This document shows, in pieces, positions 60,543 to 64,000 of a stretch of DNA of 64,000 nucleotides. This DNA is from Candidatus Spongiihabitans sp. Its GTDB lineage: Bacteria > Pseudomonadota > Gammaproteobacteria > Arenicellales > Poriferihabitantaceae. The stretch lies in NCBI RefSeq assembly GCF_965237845.1, contig NZ_OZ250154.1:195121-259120 (forward strand), written 5' to 3'. A program made the translations under genes and the position numbers. The number at the start of each line of letters is the position of its first letter. Position 1 is the stretch's first letter. The notes under the pieces are model-generated. The model was not told the origin of the DNA, did no database searches, and was given only the letters and a program-made list of their open reading frames with translations.

Positions 60543-62093
60543 TTAACGATTGTAGATCCACTCCAAAACAGCGTCCTGAATAACATTGCCATTCCCAAAG
60601 CCTACGTTTTTTGATTCAATCATCATGGCCACAGAGTAATGTTTATTGTTACTGGCGTTCACAAATCCGGCCATGCTGCGCACGCTGTTGATCAGCCCGG
60701 TCTTTATTCGCGCTCTTCCCGTCAACGCACTGCCGCGCAATCTTTTTTTCATGGTGCCATCAAGGGCGGCCAGGGGAAATGACGACAGGAATTCGGCACG
60801 GTAATTGCTGCGCCAGCCATGTTGTAATAGATTAGTCAGGTTTGCCGTGGTGATGCGGGTTTTTCTGGAAAGCCCGGCGCCATTGTCGATGATCAACCTG
60901 GGCATAATGCCTGCATTCTCCGACAGCCAATTCTTTATTGCCGCATGCCCTCCTGCTATAGTTGCTGGCCGATCTTGACCTTGTGCGTCGAGGCTAAGCA
61001 TTAATTGGCGGGCCATGACGTTGTTGCTGTACTTGTTGATGCTGGTGATAACGTCCGCTAAGGGTTCCGAAGGGTAACTGATGATCGCGATGGCATGGTC
61101 GGGGGTAACCGCCATTCGATAACCGCCGTCAAAGGTCCCACCACTATTGCTCCATAAGTATTTGAATAAACGATAAGTGTATTCGCGGTTGGAAAACAGC
61201 GACCTGGTGATCGAATGTTGACCGCAGCGGCTGCGATACTTGCCGTCGAATCTGGCGATGACTTTGTCGCCCTTTTTGTGTAACTCATAGGACCAACCAT
61301 GATTACGACCGTTATTACGATTAGGGCATTTTCCTGACTGCGGTTTTATATTATTTTCCACCACAAGATCCGCAACCGGCGGATCGGCAAAAACCGCTAT
61401 GCGAGTTCCCCCGTTAGTTTGCATGGGCTGAATAATAAATCGCGTTGCTGAAAAATTAACCAACGCCGAGTCCGGCTCGACGTTATAAAGTCGTGACGGC
61501 TGGCCATCGAATTGTGCGCGGTCGTGGTCGGCGACATCAAACAAGGAATTGTCAATCACCAGGCTGCCGGTGATGGTGTGAATCCCGCGTTGCCGTATGG
61601 ACAGTACTTGATGCAAAAATTTATCCACCGTAAGAAACGGGTCACCGCCGCCTTGCAGCACAAGATCGCCTGTCAATACGCCATCGGTAATGGTGCCGTC
61701 AGCCCAATACCGGGTGTGCCATTGGTAGTCTGGACCAAGAATCTCAAGCGCTGACAGTGTGGTAACCAATTTGATCACCGAAGCCGGGTTTCTTGGCGCA
61801 TTGCTGTTTAAACTTACCAGCGTGGATTGTGACTCTGCTTCTTGAATATCCAGGCTAACCGCGCTCAATGAGATGCCATATTTTTTTAACAGAATAGCCA
61901 CGCTGTCCGGTAGCTGTTGCGGCAGATTTTTGCTCCCGGCAAAATCTGCACTTCCACCATCCCTGGCGGTCGCGCTGAGTGTATCGGGGAACAGGCAAGC
62001 CAGGCTAACCAGGAGCGCCAGGATATGAGCGTAATTACGGCAAGAACCCATTAGTGTTTTTGAAGAAATGATATAATCAACGGTGATTCGCAT
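60543..62093 (-). CDS. dacB: D-alanyl-D-alanine carboxypeptidase/endopeptidase (PBP4)
   Basis: 516 aa with PASVIKL (SxxK) and RIKTGL (KTG) motifs. PBP4-type length. The start may be the internal Met at 62051. Confidence 0.85.
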   Translation of the reverse strand: MRITVDYIISSKTLMGSCRNYAHILALLVSLACLFPDTLSATARDGGSADFAGSKNLPQQLPDSVAILLKKYGISLSAVSLDIQEAESQSTLVSLNSNAPRNPASVIKLVTTLSALEILGPDYQWHTRYWADGTITDGVLTGDLVLQGGGDPFLTVDKFLHQVLSIRQRGIHTITGSLVIDNSLFDVADHDRAQFDGQPSRLYNVEPDSALVNFSATRFIIQPMQTNGGTRIAVFADPPVADLVVENNIKPQSGKCPNRNNGRNHGWSYELHKKGDKVIARFDGKYRSRCGQHSITRSLFSNREYTYRLFKYLWSNSGGTFDGGYRMAVTPDHAIAIISYPSEPLADVITSINKYSNNVMARQLMLSLDAQGQDRPATIAGGHAAIKNWLSENAGIMPRLIIDNGAGLSRKTRITTANLTNLLQHGWRSNYRAEFLSSFPLAALDGTMKKRLRGSALTGRARIKTGLINSVRSMAGFVNASNNKHYSVAMMIESKNVGFGNGNVIQDAVLEWIYNR

Positions 62094-62106
62094 TTTATGT
62101 CAGCAT

Positions 62107-62460
62107 ATGAACAAGAAGACCATGAACAACAAGAAAGGCATTTACAAAATTCAGTTTCACAATCAGGGGAAGTTGTATGAACTATATGCCAGGCAAGTTA
62201 CCCAAAGCAATATGTACGCTTTTATCGAGGTTGCGGATATTATATTTGGCGAGAAAACAAAGCTTGTGGTTGACCCGTCCGAAGAACGCTTGAAACAGGA
62301 ATTCAGCTCGGTCAAGCGAACCTATATCCCGCTGCATTCAGTGGTCAGAATTGATGAAGTTGACAAGGAAGGCATCAATAAAATTATCGATAGTTCGGCA
62401 GACAAAGACGGCAGCAACGTGGCTGCGTTTCCCATGCCGCCGCTACAACCGCCAATCTGA
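62107..62460 (+). CDS. DUF1820 family protein
   Basis: YKIQFHNQGKLYELYARQV...FIEVADIIFGE...VKRTYIPLHSVVRIDEV pattern. The start is uncertain (62083, 62107 or 62122). Confidence 0.7.
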   Translation: MNKKTMNNKKGIYKIQFHNQGKLYELYARQVTQSNMYAFIEVADIIFGEKTKLVVDPSEERLKQEFSSVKRTYIPLHSVVRIDEVDKEGINKIIDSSADKDGSNVAAFPMPPLQPPI

Positions 62461-62512
62461 AACTGCGGCTAGACCGCCGATCTGAAACAGCGGCCGATCT
62501 CGCTATTAATCC

Positions 62513-63145
62513 CTAAGCGCAGCGAACGCCGGTCCCACCCAGCCCGCAATATCCACCAGGATTCTTTGCAAGATACTGTTGATGATAGTCCTCGGCGTAG
62601 TAAAATTCCGCGGCCGGCATTATCTCAGTGGTGATACCCCCATAACCGGCGCTTTTTAAGTTCTGTTCAAAGGTGATTTTGGATTCCATCGCCAGGTTTA
62701 ACTGCTCATCCCCATAGGTATAAATAACCGACCGATATTGGCTGCCTTGGTCATTGCCCTGGCGCATACCCTGAGTAGGGTTGTGGGACTCCCAGAAAAG
62801 GCTTAACAAGGTTGAATAGGATACCTTGGTCGGATCGAAAATCACCAACACGACTTCGGCATGACCCGATAAACCGCTGCAAACATCTTCATAATTCGGG
62901 TTTTTCGTGTCGCCGCCGGCATACCCCGTCGCAGTGGTGAACACGCCATCGAACTCCCAGAATTTTTTCTCAGCGCCCCAAAAACAACCGAGACCAAATA
63001 CGGCGGTTTCCAGGTGACTGTCGAATGGCCGCAAAATCGGATGGCCATTGACATAATGCTTGTTGGTGACCGGCATTACCTCCTCTCTATCGGGTAACGA
63101 CTCGAATTGATGCGGCAGTGTTGCGGATCTTAAAAATGAAAGCAT
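62513..63145 (-). CDS. msrA: Peptide-methionine (S)-S-oxide reductase
   Basis: 210 aa with the GCFWGAE active-site motif and GYAGG...NPNYEDVC. Confidence 0.9.
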   Translation of the reverse strand: MLSFLRSATLPHQFESLPDREEVMPVTNKHYVNGHPILRPFDSHLETAVFGLGCFWGAEKKFWEFDGVFTTATGYAGGDTKNPNYEDVCSGLSGHAEVVLVIFDPTKVSYSTLLSLFWESHNPTQGMRQGNDQGSQYRSVIYTYGDEQLNLAMESKITFEQNLKSAGYGGITTEIMPAAEFYYAEDYHQQYLAKNPGGYCGLGGTGVRCA

Positions 63146-63175
63146 AACTGGATAGCAATAAACTTCGCCGAGGAG

Positions 63176-63670
63176 TTAAAACGGCAAGCCGTGACCATAG
63201 CCGACCATACACATAATCATCGGGATGGACAGCATGGTGTTCGTTCGAGATGCCATTAATGCGATGTATTTTGCTTTAGTAATTTCTTCCGCGCTTGCCG
63301 TAACCAGGCCCAAAATTTTCTTCTGGTTCGGCCAAATCAACACCCAAACATTAAACAGCATAATTGTGCCGAGCCAAGCACCGAGGCCGATTACGGTGAT
63401 GCCGTCGGTGGCGAAAAAGTGCGTGACGAAGCCGCCGACGTAGGCCAGCACCAGCGCACCGGTAATCCAGGTTGCCAATGCGCTCCACCGGAACCATAGA
63501 AGCGCCCGCGGCGCCACATATTTGGAAATCGCAGCGGGGCCAGGGCCCTCCGAATCCCCAGCGGCTTCGGCTACCGCCGGCACCTGAACGAAATTGAAAT
63601 AATACAGCAGACCGATCCAGGTGATACCTGCAAGTACGTGCAACCAAACAATCAAAGACCAAGTATTCAT
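63176..63670 (-). CDS. Integral membrane protein (resembles the membrane domain of PuuD-type urate hydroxylase proteins)
   Basis: 164 aa, 4 TM, WLHVLAGITWIGLLYYFNFVQVP motif. The function is not established. Confidence 0.5.
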   Translation of the reverse strand: MNTWSLIVWLHVLAGITWIGLLYYFNFVQVPAVAEAAGDSEGPGPAAISKYVAPRALLWFRWSALATWITGALVLAYVGGFVTHFFATDGITVIGLGAWLGTIMLFNVWVLIWPNQKKILGLVTASAEEITKAKYIALMASRTNTMLSIPMIMCMVGYGHGLPF

Positions 63671-63706
63671 AATAACTAAACCTCCTAACTATAATTTTAA
63701 TAAGTA

Positions 63707-63815
63707 GAGACCTTTGCATAATTCAAAATACTATCGGAAGTGGGACTTTAGTCCCGCCATCGGCAATCATCTTGCGCGGCTAAAGCCGCACTTCCGGTAA
63801 TTATGCAAAGGTCTC
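63707..63815. repeat. 109-bp nested palindromic element (MITE/REP-like or structured RNA)
   Basis: The outer 17-bp arms GAGACCTTTGCATAATT / AATTATGCAAAGGTCTC enclose CGGAAGTG...CACTTCCG. Those in turn enclose two small hairpins, GGGACTTTAGTCCC and GCGGCTAAAGCCGC. Confidence 0.85.
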
Positions 63816-64000
63816 AAGTAATCTGTAGCGGTGATACACGTGACGATTGGCGGCTACAAAATAAGGGCGATAATGATGGCGATGACAAAGCCGGTTACAA
63901 TAGTGCCAGTGATGCTTTTAAGTGGGTTCATATTTTAAGCTCCGGAAGATTGGGTTGAAAGTCAATGCAACCTGAATTAACGGTAAGGGTGCCGTCTGTG

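Noticed and set aside
63854-63931. A 25-codon hydrophobic minus-strand ORF (MNPLKSITGTIVTGFVIAIIIALIL) near the window end.
   Set aside because: It is plausible as a small membrane peptide but too short to support from sequence alone. I identified no ribosome-binding site or homology.

Overview
This is a 64-kb chromosomal window, probably from a gammaproteobacterium; the taxon cannot be verified here. The backbone includes prfC, ltaE, dsbB, uppP, metA, zapE, adk, hemB, ubiE-ubiJ-ubiB, gcdH, valS, ileS, gltA, dacB and msrA. I support about 60 protein-coding genes. I recognised no rRNA, tRNA or CRISPR array.

At least five accessory insertions interrupt the backbone:
1. A single-polypeptide Type IIG restriction-modification gene (4254-7265) sits beside a truncated gene.
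2. An AT-rich mosaic island (about 15286-19040) lies directly after a 9-gene Mrp/Mbh-type cation:proton antiporter cluster. It holds a 5'-truncated integron integrase, a wHTH-GHKL ATPase-STAS-like gene behind phased direct repeats, and an overlapping DUF6884-like/GIY-YIG-like gene pair. It also holds gene fragments, a recurring 22-bp palindrome, and two extra partial copies of an internal segment of the last mrp gene.
3. A vapBC toxin-antitoxin islet (35686-36978) carries the same palindrome.
4. A ZorA-ZorB-ZorE operon (45680-48838) matches type II Zorya anti-phage defence.
5. A visibly GC-richer racemase plus LIV-type ABC transporter block (about 49060-55590) has decaying genes and nested IS remnants. 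It is bracketed by a duplicated 3' end of a rhomboid protease gene.

Other observations:
- Adenylate kinase carries a roughly 150-aa Lys/Ala-rich histone-H1-like tail.
- IleS is the long type-2 form.
- There are two large intergenic tandem duplications (2 x 111 bp and 2 x 142 bp).
- A dispersed short intergenic repeat family occurs at several loci.
- Several coding regions carry in-frame 15-bp tandem repeats.
- ycgL is frameshifted.
- A 109-bp nested palindromic element lies near the window end.

The best candidates for something undescribed are the genes of the integron-remnant island (15.3-19.0 kb). Zorya, the RM enzyme and vapBC are known system types.

All functional calls come from reading the translations by eye; no database search was run.
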